From: Hypanus sabinus
Lineage: Eukaryota
Assembly (NCBI RefSeq): GCF_030144855.1
Contig: NC_082715.1
Span: forward strand, 145,948,001 to 146,012,000
Length of the DNA: 64,000 nt
Direction: 5' to 3'
How positions within the stretch are numbered: the stretch's first letter is position 1; each line of letters starts with the position of its first letter. Under the pieces are notes generated by a model. That model saw only the letters and a list, made by a program, of their open reading frames with translations, did not search any database and was not told the DNA's origin. Positions 51,075 to 64,000 of the stretch are shown piece by piece. Made by a program: the position numbers and the translations under genes.

Positions 51075-51856
51075 CAACAGGGAGATTGAAAATCTGGTTG
51101 ATTTTCAAAATTCTCACTCAATGTCAACAAGACCAAAGAGCTGACCAGGAGGAGGAGCAAACCAGAAGTCCATGAGCCAGTGCTTATTAGGGGATCAAAG
51201 GTGGAGAGGGTCAACAACTTTAAATTTCTTGGTGTCATCATTTCAGAGGACCTGTCTTGGGCCCAGCACATAAATATTAATATGAAGAAAGCACAACAGT
51301 GCCTCTACTTCTTTGGAAGCTTGCAAAGATTTGGCATGACATTTAATACTTTGATGAACTGCTATAGTTGTGTGGTGGACAGTATATGGACTGCTTGCAT
51401 CACAGCCTGATATGGAAAACCAATGTCCCTGAATGGAAAATCCTACAAAAAGTAGTGGATATGGTCCAGTTCGCCATGGGTTCTCATCAGGAAGAAGGTA
51501 GAGGAGCCGCAGATCCCACAGCACACAGGTCAGGAACTGTTATTACCTTATAACCAAGGTGCTCCTGAAGCAACATGGATAACTTCATTCACCATCACTC
51601 TGACCTCCTACGACCACTACGATCTACAGACACACTTTCAAAGACTCTTTATAACTTACATTCTCAGTAATTTTTTATTTGTATAATTTGTCTTCTTTTG
51701 CACATTGGTGTTTCCATTTACAGGGAGGCAGAGATGTCAGACTTTGTCTGCTAATGCATAGTTTTAATTTAAATTCCATTGTATTTCTATTTACCTCCCT
51801 GTAAATACCTGCAAAAAAATTGTGTCATAAAATTGATAATAAACTTACTTTGAACT
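51075..51856 (+). mobile_element. Rex1/Babar LINE 3' fragment
   Basis: VERVNNFKFLGVIISEDLSW; TTTGAAC tail. Confidence 0.8.
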
Positions 51857-53079
51857 TCTCCCATTTGATCTTCCTAGTGATTTTGCCAGTGTAGATCTAG
51901 GTAGTGTGTGGTAGACACACTGGGGGAAAGATTCATGATCTCCAATGTGATGAGTGTTAATTCACTGGTACAGTCAGGGATAGTGTTCCTCAGGTATTTT
52001 GCATGATTCCAGATTACTTGTAGCACAGCCACGTCCATTCTTATCACACTGACTTATGCTTGAGTTAAACTTCTCACTAACCCAACAGACAAAAGTTTTG
52101 GGATAGGATTATGGCTGTATTTAAAAACTTTAGAAAGGATCAGTTTCCTGAAAAGTATCAAGCTGAAGGGATAAACAAGGACAATGCCAAAAGATCTAAT
52201 GATGTTGAATCAAAATCTATGGAGTATTTAGCCAGAGAAGGAGGGAACAAGGGTACAATTTAGTCAAAAATTGTAAATTACTGAAACAGAAGGAAAAGAA
52301 AAATAAATGAGAATCTAGCAAATTTTGGACTTGCTTCTCATGGAGTATTTTCTCCCAACTTAATAACTTCACAGCCTCTTGCTGGTTCTACTTTACATGC
52401 TTTACCAGGCTGGGAAGATGGTCGATGCTTGAACGTGATAGGGCTCTACTTGGCAACAGATGACACAGGTAACCCAAGAGGAATAAGAATAAATGTAGTG
52501 ATGATATTTTGGGAAAGGAGTCTTATACTGAATATTATTTAGTAGACAGTATACCTAAAAACTCAATTCTTATTTTGTATTAATGAAACAGCTGTTACAT
52601 TTTTCCTTTGATCTCTCTCTCTGTTTCTCTTTCCATTGATGCAGCCTGACTCAATGGGTATTTTTAGCATTTCTTGATTTATTTTAGATTTCCAGACTGT
52701 GCAGTTTTCATTTTGATTTTCATTTGAACATTCTCCTCTTGTTCTGGTTGACAAATGCACATCTTTTAAACAAGTTTTCTCTTTGTTTCAGATTTCCAGC
52801 TTTACCTTTGTGCTTATTTTCCCTATAATGGAATATTTATCCTAAATTGCACCATTTTATTTTATAGTAACTGCAAATATAAGCCAATCACATTCCTATA
52901 ATATTTGTCTGCAAATAAGTGAACCCTGGGCCAGATGGACTTGAGGTAAGGCACTTGAAAGGATTTTCACATAAATGTCCACCAGAATCTGATTGCTGAG
53001 AAAGCACAGAGTGGACTATTTTCTGATATAAATTCAGGCAGTTGCTTAGGTAGGACAAAACTCGTACTACATACTGTAC

Positions 53080-53163
53080 CTTGTGGGCAAAGATTCTCTG
53101 AGTGCCAGCAGGGATGTATGCCAGTGGCTGCCTCGAACCGAAGCATTCGACAATGCACGAGGA
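53080..53163 (-). CDS. MRPL40: MRPL40 coding exon 2
   Basis: ttttttcttccag| acceptor and AG|gtacag donor; 84 nt, phase 2-2; VRGSHWHTSLLALRESLPTR is similar to the vertebrate mL40 N-terminal region. Confidence 0.9.
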
Positions 53164-54199
53164 CTGGAAGAAAAAAGACCCAAGGTTGGTAATGTTGCCT
53201 TAACAAAGTTAGGTCCTTTTCAGAACAGCTTCTCACATCTCAGACTCTAAAAATGACAGAAAAACAAACTGTCAGCTGTGAGAAACTCTGGAAAGAACGT
53301 CGCTTTCAGGAAATGCACACAGACACTATAGTTCTGCTAATCCAAACAGCCTGTTTTCTGTTTGCAATAATGATCTCACGTTCAGCAGGATGAAGTGAGA
53401 TTTCTGTCCGACTGGGACTGTCTCCTTCTTCAGACTAGCTTCATTCAAATCCCATCAAAGGATGCTATCTTCTTGTAGCAAAATCTTGCATTCTTTGAGT
53501 CAATCCAAAGTCAAGATCAAAATTTTATCCGTTACCAGTGTTGACTTCAAATTGCTTCCTGAACCCATAACCTATTAGATATTAGAGTGGAGTGCTGCAC
53601 TGTTAGGAGAGACATATTTTGAGCAAAAGATTCAGTCCACAAATCTGTTCTCATAAGAAGGTAAGAACATAATAGACGCAAGTACAAATGGGTCATTCAG
53701 TCTCTCATGCCTACTCCATGATCCATTAAAATCATTGAGAACGTTTCACTCTTTTCATTGCTAATACCCTGATTCCCTTAAATATTTATGAAAGAAATCA
53801 AACCGCCTCTTGAATAAACACAATTAATAAGCCTCTACTGTCCTTTGGGCAGAGAATGCTGACGATCTCATGAAAACTCACTACACACCACACAATGTTT
53901 ATTCACTGACCAATGTCAGAATGTTTGGTATTACAATTAACAAGAATTTGGCTACTCCGTTTCCTACCTTATAGGTGCACATCACAGACAACAGTTGTTT
54001 GAGATAACGCCTTTTGGGAGTCATAGTCATACAGGATTGAAACAGGCCATTTGGCTCAATTGGGCCATGCCTTCCCATCTAAGGTAGAGCGATTTGCTGA
54101 CGTTTGACCTGGTTCACTCTGAACCATTCCTATCCATGTACTCGACTGAGTTCATTTTAAATGTTGTTAATGTACCTGTCTCAATCACTTCCTCTTCAG

Positions 54200-55570
54200 C
54201 TCACTCCCAAATAGTGTTTTTTGAAAAAATAATGAAGAAGTTCAAAGTGGGGAGGTCAATAGATGGAGTCTATTTGGAATCCCAAGTACAGTTTGATACG
54301 GTTCCGCATATTGCTATTTTTCATCTGTATCAGTGATTTGGATGAGAATATACAAGGCATGGTCAGCAGGTTTGCAGATGATAAGTGAAATAGATGGTAT
54401 CAGGAGGTTGTCAGGAATGGCAGAGGGATCTTGAGCAGTTGGGCAAGAGGGCTGGTGAAAGGCAAATGGAATTTAAATTCAGATCACTGCTGGGTATTTT
54501 GGGAAGGCATATCAGGGTAGGATTTCCACTGTGAATAGTTGGGCCCATGACTGTTGTAGAACAGAGAGACTTAATAGAACAACATGGTTTCTCAAAAGTG
54601 GTTTCACAGGGTGGTGAACAAGGCTTTTAGCATGCTTGACTTCATCGTTTGGAGTGTTATAAATGGAAGTTGGGTGGTTACGTTGCTGTTGAACAAGATA
54701 TTGGTGAGGCTACAACTGGAATACGGTTTTCAGTTTTGATCACCTTACCACAGAAAAGATGCTATTAAACTGTTCAGAATGTACAGAGCAGATTTACAAG
54801 TGTGTTGTCAGGACTCAAGGGACTGGGTTATGGAGAGAGGTTCAGCAGGTTTGGACTCTATTCATTAGGGAGCAGGATTAGGGTGACCTTATAGAGATGT
54901 ATAAACTCATGAGGGGCAGAGATAGAGTGAATGCACATTTTTCCCACTTGGTTGGAGAATCAAGGACTAGTGCAAGTTTCAGGTGAGAGTAAGGAGATTT
55001 ATTAGGAAACTGCAGCATAGTCTCCCACATATACAAACCTATGCTGACTATCCTTATTCACCTCCCGTCTTTCTGCAGCATAGGACACATAGTCTGCCAC
55101 CCACTTCTCGTCTTTCCAAACACACATGAAACGTATCCCTCGGAATCCCTCCAGTAACTTACCTACCACAGATGTTTGGCCGACTGGTCCTGGGCTTTTC
55201 CTTTGCTGATTTAAAGGCATGGCCTTAGCCACCCTCCAGACTTCTGGCACTTCAACTGTCGCTAACGATGAGGAGCATATATCAACCAAGGATCCAACAT
55301 TTTATTCTCTAGCTTTCGAGTGTACTTGGATATACCCGATCAAGCCCCTGAGATTTAACCACCCCAATAGTTTTCAGGACATCCAGCATCTCCTTTGCTG
55401 TGTTGCAAGTCACCACCAGGGCATTCCATTAACTAACATTTTTATGTCTTTCTCCACGGCTAAGAGGAGAAATATTCATCAACTAATTCCTGCAGTTCCA
55501 CTATTCTGTCTAATAACCTCCCTTCTCTCCCCCGAATGCACTTATAAAATGTCTTTGGATTCGCGTTAAC
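54200..55570. mobile_element. Old CR1 fragments in both orientations
   Basis: FADD remnant on +; VPEVWRVAK and SVVGKLLE on -. Confidence 0.65.
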
Positions 55571-55899
55571 CTTCTTTGTTAAAGTTATACAACGCACTCG
55601 TTTGGTCTTTCCGTTCTCCTTTAAGTATACTCCTCCATGGATTCACTTGATCGAATTCAGATTCCCCCGACACCGTGTTTTATATAAATGCAAGACCTTT
55701 ATTTAACTATTGGGAGTCCGTTGTCTCAAGGAGTACTGTGATGGTTTTAGGAACAAGCGTGCCCAGGAGATTAATATCGCCACAAATCCACTCGCACAGC
55801 CGGGTGCCGCCACTCCCCAGGGCCGTACACCATCACCGCCTCTGCCTCCCTCAGGCTGGACGCCGCCAGTTATGGCCCCTCCACTCCTATAATACTCAC

Positions 55900-55934
55900 A
55901 TCAAGCCGAGGAGTGGCCGGGCCATCCACGCCAT
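55900..55934 (-). CDS. MRPL40: MRPL40 coding exon 1, MAWMARPLLGL
   Basis: aacATGG start in a CpG-rich patch; AT|gtgagt donor, phase 2; reads like a mitochondrial presequence. Confidence 0.8.
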
Positions 55935-57354
55935 GTTAACGGCAGCACCTTGAGACCTTCACACGGTCACAGCTCCTTTCTCCAACCAGCCCACATCACC
56001 CGAGCCACTTCCAGCGGTGCACCGCCACCAGCCACTTCTCCCCACATAATATTATCCGACTCGGATACACAATTCATGACAATTGTTCCCTTCCCTTCCC
56101 AACCTACAAGATCAAGGATCGCAGAATATCGGCAGCAGCAGTCTGTTTATAATCGAACATTTACTCTAAATTCTTAAAGGATATTAAAATCATTATGAAG
56201 CATGCAACTGGAGCGACTACAATCTAAAATGCATACTTTTCAGTGTCAGAGCACCTAAAATTCAGTCTTGAAATAAATAGAAAAGCCTTATAAATTAGAT
56301 ATTTGATTTCGCCAAAACATTATATTAAAACTTGTCAAAACTTGAACAATAGATTTGCACTGAACGTGTATTGTCGAATTTTCATAAAGAACTGAGCGTT
56401 GAGACGAAGTGAAGTAAAACACGATCGTGTTAAACAAGTTTATCCTTTGCCCTGGCCTTCTGCCATTACCCTAATTTAGTATTGTCTCTCAAATACAACA
56501 GGAATTTGCTTTGCATAACTATTTTCTTTTTCACATCTAGTAATTTGTTGTAGTGAGTAATTTGCCTAGGTCTTTTGCTAGTTCCTACAAACAATCATGT
56601 ACTTATATGCTTATATGCAATCATATGCTTATATGATTCCAAATTACGTATCCATTAATGTTACCTTTTAAAAACTACTAAGTGACTTGAATACAATATG
56701 TACGTTGGACATCTTTCAGAAATGCTCCACTTTTGAAATAAATATTTTTCAATGACACATTCAACTTTTCAGATGATCTTAATGGTTTCCAGACACTTTT
56801 CAGACAAAAAAACAGTATCTATTTCCCAGTGTAAACAACTGAACCAGGTGATTCGGCCATTATTTCTTTTTTAATATCTGGGATCTTTCCGTGCATACAT
56901 ATTCTGAGTTTATAGTAGATGTAATGTTTGTTTGAATATAGTCAGCGATTAATTGAATATTTCTCTGTAGTAATGGAACAGGTCGGAATGGTTGAGGTAT
57001 TGTTGAACGCTGAACAAGTTGCAACCAAATGAATGAATGAATGGGGATTAGAAGTCTTTGCTCAAGCCTTAATATATGCAAGCCTCAGTATATATTTCAC
57101 AACTACAACGAGATATGATTGAAAATTATACACCTAATCTAACTTTTTGAGCTTTATTTGATACTCGGAACGGTTATGGTGACCTTGATATTTTTCCCGA
57201 GCCGTTGTGCTCGGGGCACTGAGGTTTGTGGGGAGCGCTGAGTGTGTTGCTCCCTTCCGGCGGAGCGGAGCGAGAGGCCGGGCCGCCCTGGGACAGTGAC
57301 ACCGAGACCGAGACCGAGAGGCTCGTGCCTGAGCCCCAGGTCCCGCGGCCCAGC

Positions 57355-57391
57355 ATGAAGCTACTTAAACCTGCCTGGGTCCATCACAATG
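57355..57391 (+). CDS. HIRA: HIRA coding exon 1, MKLLKPAWVHHN(G); gene continues beyond the window
   Basis: Near-identical to the HIRA N-terminus MKLLKPTWVNHNG; 37-nt exon with G|gtgagt donor; head-to-head with MRPL40 as in mammals; exon 2 not found before the window end. Confidence 0.93.
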
Positions 57392-58594
57392 GTGAGTGGG
57401 TGCGGGGACGGGCTGAATGAGGGGGGATGCTGTGCAGTGACCGGTGGGCGGGCTGGGAATGGGAATGGTCAGTTGGAGGGAGGATGGGAGGGAGTCGGTA
57501 CGATTTCGGAGGTGCAGGACCTTCCGAGTGAATCCACCTGTGGGAAGGTGCAAAGAATGGCGCCAGAGACAAGATCCTGGGCTGAAATAGCGATGTGGGA
57601 GGCAAGGATGGAAAGTGGAATGTGGACGGCGGGGTCTTCGGATTCTCAGGGAAGGGACATGAGGGCGAGCAATGGAATGAGGAGTGACGGCAATTGTCTC
57701 TAAGAGCTGATCGGGTTTTACACATTGAGGTACTGGTGAGGAGCCACAACTTGTGTAAAGATGGAGCTCAAGGAATATTAATTGTGAATTGGTTTATTAT
57801 TGTCACACGTACCACGGTGCAGTGGACAACTTTGTTTTGTATGTCATCCTCACGGATCATTGCACCACATCGAGATAGTACAAGGGAAAAACAATAAAAG
57901 AATGCAAACTGTAGCGTTACAATGATCGAGAACATGCAGTGTAGGTGAACAATAAGGTGGAAGACCGCCAAGAGGTAGAATGTGCGGTCAAGAGTCCATT
58001 TTAACATACAAGAAGTGCATTCAATAGTTTTGTTTCAGAGGAGAGAAACTGTCCTTGAGCCTGGTCATGCATGCTTGCAGGCTTTAGCATCTTTTGGGAT
58101 ATGGTGATTCACAATAGTTGTGTATGGAAGAATAAGCCGTGGAAAGGTTTGCAGATGACAAGTGCAGAGCACAAGAGTTATTTGCACAAGGTTCAAGAGA
58201 AGGAAAGTATTTACAGCTTTTGGTGAGCAGAAATTCAACAGGTGTGGAGTGAAATTGGGAAGTTCTTTTATTTGGCATGATGAGTGTTTAATTTCTTGAG
58301 TCTAAATTTTGATAGCTTGGCAGAGTCACTCTGCAATAAAGGGCTTGCACAAGTGCAAAGAAAAATTCTGGCCATTTATGTTCAGCAAGGTATTCACAAA
58401 GGCAGATACACCGATTGTATGGTTTTAAGAAATAATAAAAAGCGATGCTTTTGACTTGAAGCTTCCCTCTACCTCTTACCTCAATATGTACACTTTTGAC
58501 CAAATATTTGTTTATTTTCTAAGTTGGAGCAGGACATAAGGACATTCGAAAGAGGATCTAGTGTTTTCCTGGAGTATATGATGAATAAACTCTT

Positions 58595-59357
58595 CTTGGG
58601 CTTCCAGCCAGGTACGGCTAGCAATTTTAACTGACACTTCAATGACAAACTCTGCTGTATTCATCAGTGACGATGCCTATGTATGTCTAGTCCGATGGTA
58701 TTTATACCCCCATCGTCTATTTGTCCTGATTGATTAGTCCTCATCTAAACAGGTTTCTGCTGCTTCCAATCAATTTCCACTTCTCTTTAAGAGCGAGACC
58801 TTTGATTTTGTTGAAATTCTTTTGCTCTAGTTTTATATCAATGGCTTCCTTTACCAAGCAGTCCCAAAAGCATTGGCACAGCACTGTAGTTTTGTGCTGT
58901 TGAAGCCAATCCTATGTTAACTGTCGATTCTGTGGGTAATCCAAATGGATACACCTCCTGTGCTCCTTGATGCAGGTTTCCGGCATGCGTCCTATCAGGG
59001 AATCGTGTAAATGCAAGCTGTCCTGAGCTCCAGGATGGCCAGACTTCAGCACAAAACTACTATGTCATGCCGATGGCTTTTGGGACAGCTTGGAGAAGGA
59101 AGCCATTGAAATCAAACTAGAGTAAAAGAATTTTAGCAAAGACAAAGGTCTTAATCTTAAGAACTGGAAATCGATATTAACAAGGTGGGACAGCGGACAC
59201 CTGATTGGATGAAGATTAACCAATCAGGAGGGAAAGACGATGGGGGTATAAATACCACTGGACTAGGCATACCCAGGCACCATCTCTGATGAAAATGGCA
59301 GAGTTGGTAATTGAAACTTTGGTTAAAATCAATACCTGTACTGACTGGAAACCCGAG
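58595..59357. mobile_element. Penelope 3' end / pLTR in inverted-repeat configuration (HIRA intron 1)
   Basis: About 300-bp inverted arms at 58595-58899 and 59047-59357; KEAIEIK..NF..D.G.L..W GIY-YIG C-terminus; CTGATGA..GAAA remnant at 59286. Confidence 0.8.
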
Positions 59358-60644
59358 ATGACATTTGTCTTCTGTCTGGAATATGCATTAAATTGTGTGT
59401 ATATTTTTGATATTCATTCATGGGACATGGTGTCACTGGGCATGCAGTATTTATCGGTTGTGGCTAATCACTCTTAAAGTTATAATGAGCCACCATCTTG
59501 GAAAACAGGCGTCCCTCGCTTTATGAATGTTCACTTTACGCCTCTTCGCTTTTACAAAAGAACAACATTTTTTCGCATTACAAAGAGGATTTTTGCATTC
59601 ATGAAAATTTTTCCCATGTAAGTTAATGGTTCTTCGCTTTACGCTATTCTGGCTTAAGAAAGGTTTCATAGGAATGCTCTACCTTTGTAAAGGTGGGGGG
59701 GGGGGAAAACACCTGTATATGTCTGTTCAATGAAGATACTTGGGTGTCTGAACCCCAATCATCCAGGCAAGCAGACAATGTTCCATTAGTCTCTTGAGTT
59801 CTGTTTTCTGGATGGTGGTAAAGCTTTGGCAAGTTAGGAGGTGAATCATAGCCTCAGATTTGTTCTTGGAGCCATAGTTGTTATGTGGCTCGTCTAGTTA
59901 AGGTTTTGTGTAGCAGCAAGAATACAGTTGGTATGGATTGTAGCATGATAGTGCTGTTGATTGTACAAGGGAGCTGTTAGTTTTTCTATCAGTGAAGATG
60001 GTCATTGTCTGATCCCTGTGTGGCTCAGATACTGCCTGTTTTTGACATCAAGCCTGTATATTAAGACTAGTGTTTAGAAGGGGTCCTGTAACTGAATTGT
60101 AAATTTGTGAAGTTCTTGTTATTGGTATAACAACTTTTTTCATTTCTCATATGACTAGATAATCTCTTTCATCTGTCACAGTCACACTGCAGTAACGAAC
60201 AAGCCCCATAACTCTGCAATGAAAAACCTGCGCTGTATGTTTAGTGTCTACTTCCTTTACTCTTTCTCAAGGACAGATTTTCAATCTGTGTGATTTGTTC
60301 CAAAGTGTAGTATACAGTGTGTCTGCCTCCAGTTCTTGCTAGGTCCGGCTACAAACCACTTCATAATGAAGAGCTGTGAATTAAACTGACTGGTATGCAT
60401 TCTTTACAAAGACATTTTCACACAGGAGGTGAAAACCTCAGTTGTGTGAAAAACAGGAGTTCCTAATAAAGCAATGAAAGACGCACACACCTTGGACATT
60501 AGGTTGTGGTACATTTTGATTAACACTCTGATACTGAAATGATGGACGACCATCAGCTTTAACTGTTTGCCTTTGTGCCCACCATGATTCAGCCTTCAGA
60601 GGATTTTCTGTCTAACACCATTAACTTCAATTTTATTGGCGCTA

Positions 60645-61117
60645 CAGTGCCAATAAAAAGTATTCACCCCTCCCCTTGGAAGTTTTCATATTTTATTGTT
60701 CTACAACCTTGAATCACAGTGGATTTAATTTGGCTTTTTTGGACACTAAGCAACAGAAAAAGACTCTTTTGTGTCAAAGTGAAAACAGATCTCTACAAAG
60801 TGATCTAAATTAATTACAAATATAAAACACAAAATAATTGATTGCACAAGTATTCACCCCTTTTAATACAACACACCAGATCATAACTGGTGCAGCCAAT
60901 TGGTTTCAGAGTGACATGATTAGTTAATGGAGATCACCTGTGTGCAGTCAGGGTTGATTGGAGTAAAAATACACCTGTGTCTGGAAGCTCCAGCTGCTGG
61001 TGAGTCAGGATCCTGGCAGAAACTCCACCATGGGCACAAAAGAACACTCCAAGCAACTCCCAAGAAAAGGTTATTGAAAAGCACAAGTCAGGGTGAATAC
61101 TTTTTTTTTTGGCACTG
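60645..61117. mobile_element. Internally deleted Tc1-family element
   Basis: TA|CAGTGCCAATAAAAAGTATTCACCC ... GGGTGAATACTTTTTTTTTTGGCACTG|TA. Confidence 0.9.
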
Positions 61118-61339
61118 TATTTGTCAAAAATAGCCATTCTTGTCTTTGGGATGCAACTGTTTTACCCATAATTTGAGTAAGGTTGCCATAGAACATGAAG
61201 TTAGAAGGAGCTGGCAAAAGCTTACTGTGAGCACTGAGTAGAGAATTCAAAGTACAACTTGCAAGAACAGGTAGATTTATTCTATCGTTTTGCTTATAGG
61301 CTGATAAGATTAGATTTGATTGATTTGCATTCTGAGGAA

Positions 61340-61862
61340 AAAGTTTCAAACTTAAAAAAATCTATTAGCAAAGTACATATGTCAACATATACAGTCCTGA
61401 AATTTGTATTTTTGTGGCGTATTTATTAAATACAAGAAACATAATAGAATCAATGAAAGGCTGTATCTGATAGGGCAGATAAACAATGTGCAAAAAAGCA
61501 ACAAACTGCAAATACAAAAGGTAAAGAAATACCATAATAAATATCGAGAACAAGAGCTGAAGAGTCCTTGACAGTGAGTCCATAGATTGTGGGAACAGTT
61601 TAGTGATGGGGCAAGTGAAGTTATCCCCTTTGGTTCAAGAGCCTGATGGTTGAGGGGTAATAATTGTTCCTGAACTTGATGGCGTGGGTCATGCAGCTCC
61701 TGTACTTCCTTCCTGATGGCAGCAATTTGAAGAGAGCGCGTCCTGGATGGTGGAAGGAGGATCCTTGATGATGGATGCTGCTTTCCTGTGACAGCACTCC
61801 ATGTAGATGTGCTCAATGATGCGGAGGACATTACACATGATGGACTGGACCATATCCACTAT
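61340..61862 (-). mobile_element. Rex1/Babar LINE 3' fragment
   Basis: IEHIYMECCHRKAASIIKDP. Confidence 0.8.
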
Positions 61863-63113
61863 TTTGATGTTTACTGAATGTATCTTTGCTATTTTCCCCT
61901 TTTTGAACTCCACTTGAACAAGCATTCAGCACCACACCTGAATGCTTGAAAAGTGAACCATCTAATGGAATTCATGAGGTGAAGGTGATTAACCTTGATA
62001 TCAGTAAAACTGAAGCCAAAGAAAATCAGGACAACTTCTCCACTGGCTGGAATCAAATATTGCACAAAACAAAATTTGTGGAGGTCTTTCATCTCAGTCC
62101 CAGGATATTGAAGCTTAAGTTCAAAATGGTAGTATTCGGCATAAACAGCTGTTTTATGAATTGTTTTCCTTTCATAAGATTGAAAGTAGAGATACTTGCT
62201 GATTGTACAGTATTTAGTTGCATTCATAATTCCATAGATTTTAAAGTATACTCTATCCTGTGTAGTAACACCTACAGAAAATATGGACATCACAAAAGTG
62301 AAATAGGTAGTTGTGTTATACAGAGAAAGCAACACAATGCAGGTGAGATAAGTTTGTGAGAAGGTCTTAATTTCCTAATACCCAGGAGAAAGTCGGGTTG
62401 TCCGAAAACTGTCTCAGTAGTGCTGGAGACTGTAAGGGGGGTGTTCATCTGGTTTAATTTGGTTGTAGAAAGTTCAGCTTTGTCGTTTGTACTCTTTCTG
62501 AGCTTTGCCATGTTGGAGGATGGATTTTAGTTCCCAATAGCCTTTTGGTTATCCAGCGCAAGTGGTATCTAGGTTTGCAGAGCTTTCATCTCATCACCGG
62601 GTTGTTGAATCACTTATCCCGTCTCCATTGTGTTGCTTTCTCTGTTTAACATACTTGCAATTTGACTTCACAATTAGCTGTTTTGGGTTTATCTGACTCC
62701 TCCTGTGATCTTGCACACTCTTCATCAACCAATTGTGCTTCCCTGGCCTGATAACATAAACCAAAGTCATGGAAATGAGGATAAATCTGGAATACAATTT
62801 CATAACTAGCAATGTCTTTCAGATATCGGTTTTGTTGTATCTGCCCTGAATCTGATGTTCCCTCCAATTTGGAATGACCAGTGTTTGCAAAAATCTTGAG
62901 CTATCTAATATTTTGCCCAGATACTGGGCAAAATCCAGTGCGCACTGAATTTTTGTAGAAGTAGACCTGAAGCTATACCAAGGATAGTAAACTAACAAGT
63001 CCAGTTTGTTGTTCATTGTTTTTAAAAAATAAAATAACTATCAATAAGAACTTTGATCTCCTCTTGAGTTTGATTGCTTCCAATCCCATTCATCTGCACT
63101 CTCACAAAACATA

Positions 63114-64000
63114 CAGTTGCAAAAAAAATGTTTGAACCCTTTGCAATTACCTAGATTTCTGCATTAATTACTCATAAAATGTGGTCTGGTCTTCATCTGA
63201 GTCACAATCATAGCCAAACACAATCTACTTAAACTAATAATATACGAACAATTGTACTTTTCATGTCTTTATTGAACACATTATTTAAATGCTTACAGTC
63301 TTGGCTGGAAAAATTATGTGAATCCTGGTAGAACCTCCTTTTGCAGCAATAACTTCCACCAGACGTTTCCTGTAGCTGCTGATCAGACTTAAACCATAGT
63401 GAGGAGGAATTTTAGACCATTCCCCCATACAAAACTGTTTCAGTTCATTAATATTTGTGGGATACCGCATGAACAGGCCTCTTCAGGTCATGCCACAGCA
63501 TCTCAATTGGGTTAAGGTCTTTTACTCTGTCTTGGCTATTCGAAAATACAAATTTTCTTCCTTTTAAACCATTATACTGTTGATTTACTCTTGTGTTTCA
63601 ACCACTGTCTTATGCATCATCCAACTTCTATTAAGCTTCAGGTGACAGACTGCTACCCTGACGTTCTGTAAAATGTCTTGATATAATTTTGAATTCATTG
63701 TTCCTGCAATGATTGTAAGCTGTTCAGGCCCTGAGGCAGAAAAGCAAACCCAAACGATGATGCTTCTTCCACTATGCTTCGCAGTTGGAATGAGGTTTTG
63801 GTGTTGATTGACAGTGCCCTTTTTCCTCCAAACATTTCAATGCGCATTTCTGCCTAAAAGTTAAATTTTTGTCTCATCTGTCCACAGATTATTGACCCAG
63901 AAGTATTGTGGAACATCCAGATAGTCTCTTGCAAATTTGAGACATATAGCAATGCTTTTTCTTTTGGAGAGCAGTGGTTTCCTTCCGTGAACACCATTCT
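63114..64000 (-). mobile_element. Tc1 transposon 3' half, same family as 45.5-46.9 kb; truncated by the window end
   Basis: TA|CAGTTG TIR; YPTNINELKQFCMGEWSKIPP..LISSYRKRLVEVIAAKGGST. Confidence 0.9.

Larger units (their letters stand above)
55780..57460. promoter_or_regulatory. MRPL40/HIRA divergent promoter region
   Basis: Two CpG-rich patches (about 55780-56140 and 57165-57460) around the divergent first exons; the ATGs are 1.42 kb apart. Confidence 0.7.

Noticed and set aside
55999-56047. Alternative MRPL40 start (ATGTGGGGAGAA...)
   Set aside because: Weak donor (gtgatg) and an acidic peptide; the ATG at 55934 has better context, a gtgagt donor and a presequence-like peptide.
62333-62632. 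RAG RSS / Transib termini (CACAATG...CATTGTG)
   Set aside because: No nonamer at 12/23 spacing, and the inverted repeat extends outside the CAC, so these are not element ends.

Overview
Vertebrate genomic DNA, most likely a cartilaginous fish (ray or shark), judged from the HE1/V-type SINEs and the CR1, Rex1/Babar, Penelope and Tc1 repeat content. It carries part of the gene block found at human 22q11.2: a complete 3-exon C22orf39/UPF0545 orthologue (+, 105 aa), a complete 4-exon MRPL40 (-, 194 aa) convergent with it, and coding exon 1 of HIRA (+), head-to-head with MRPL40. Much of the window is decayed transposon: CR1, Rex1/Babar, RTE-X, Penelope (one copy retains RT, GIY-YIG and a minimal hammerhead ribozyme), Gypsy gag, a hAT transposase, Tc1 and Tigger-like elements. 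There is one assembly gap. The least explained part is 1-12.3 kb. A CpG-rich promoter at about 12.1 kb appears to drive a minus-strand transcript with a 5'TOP-like start and 13-30 nt micro-exons and no evident ORF. Its non-repeat intron sequence looks unusually rich in hairpins, and it contains a 19-copy YACTAAC (branch-point/QKI) array. This transcript is inferred from sequence signals only.
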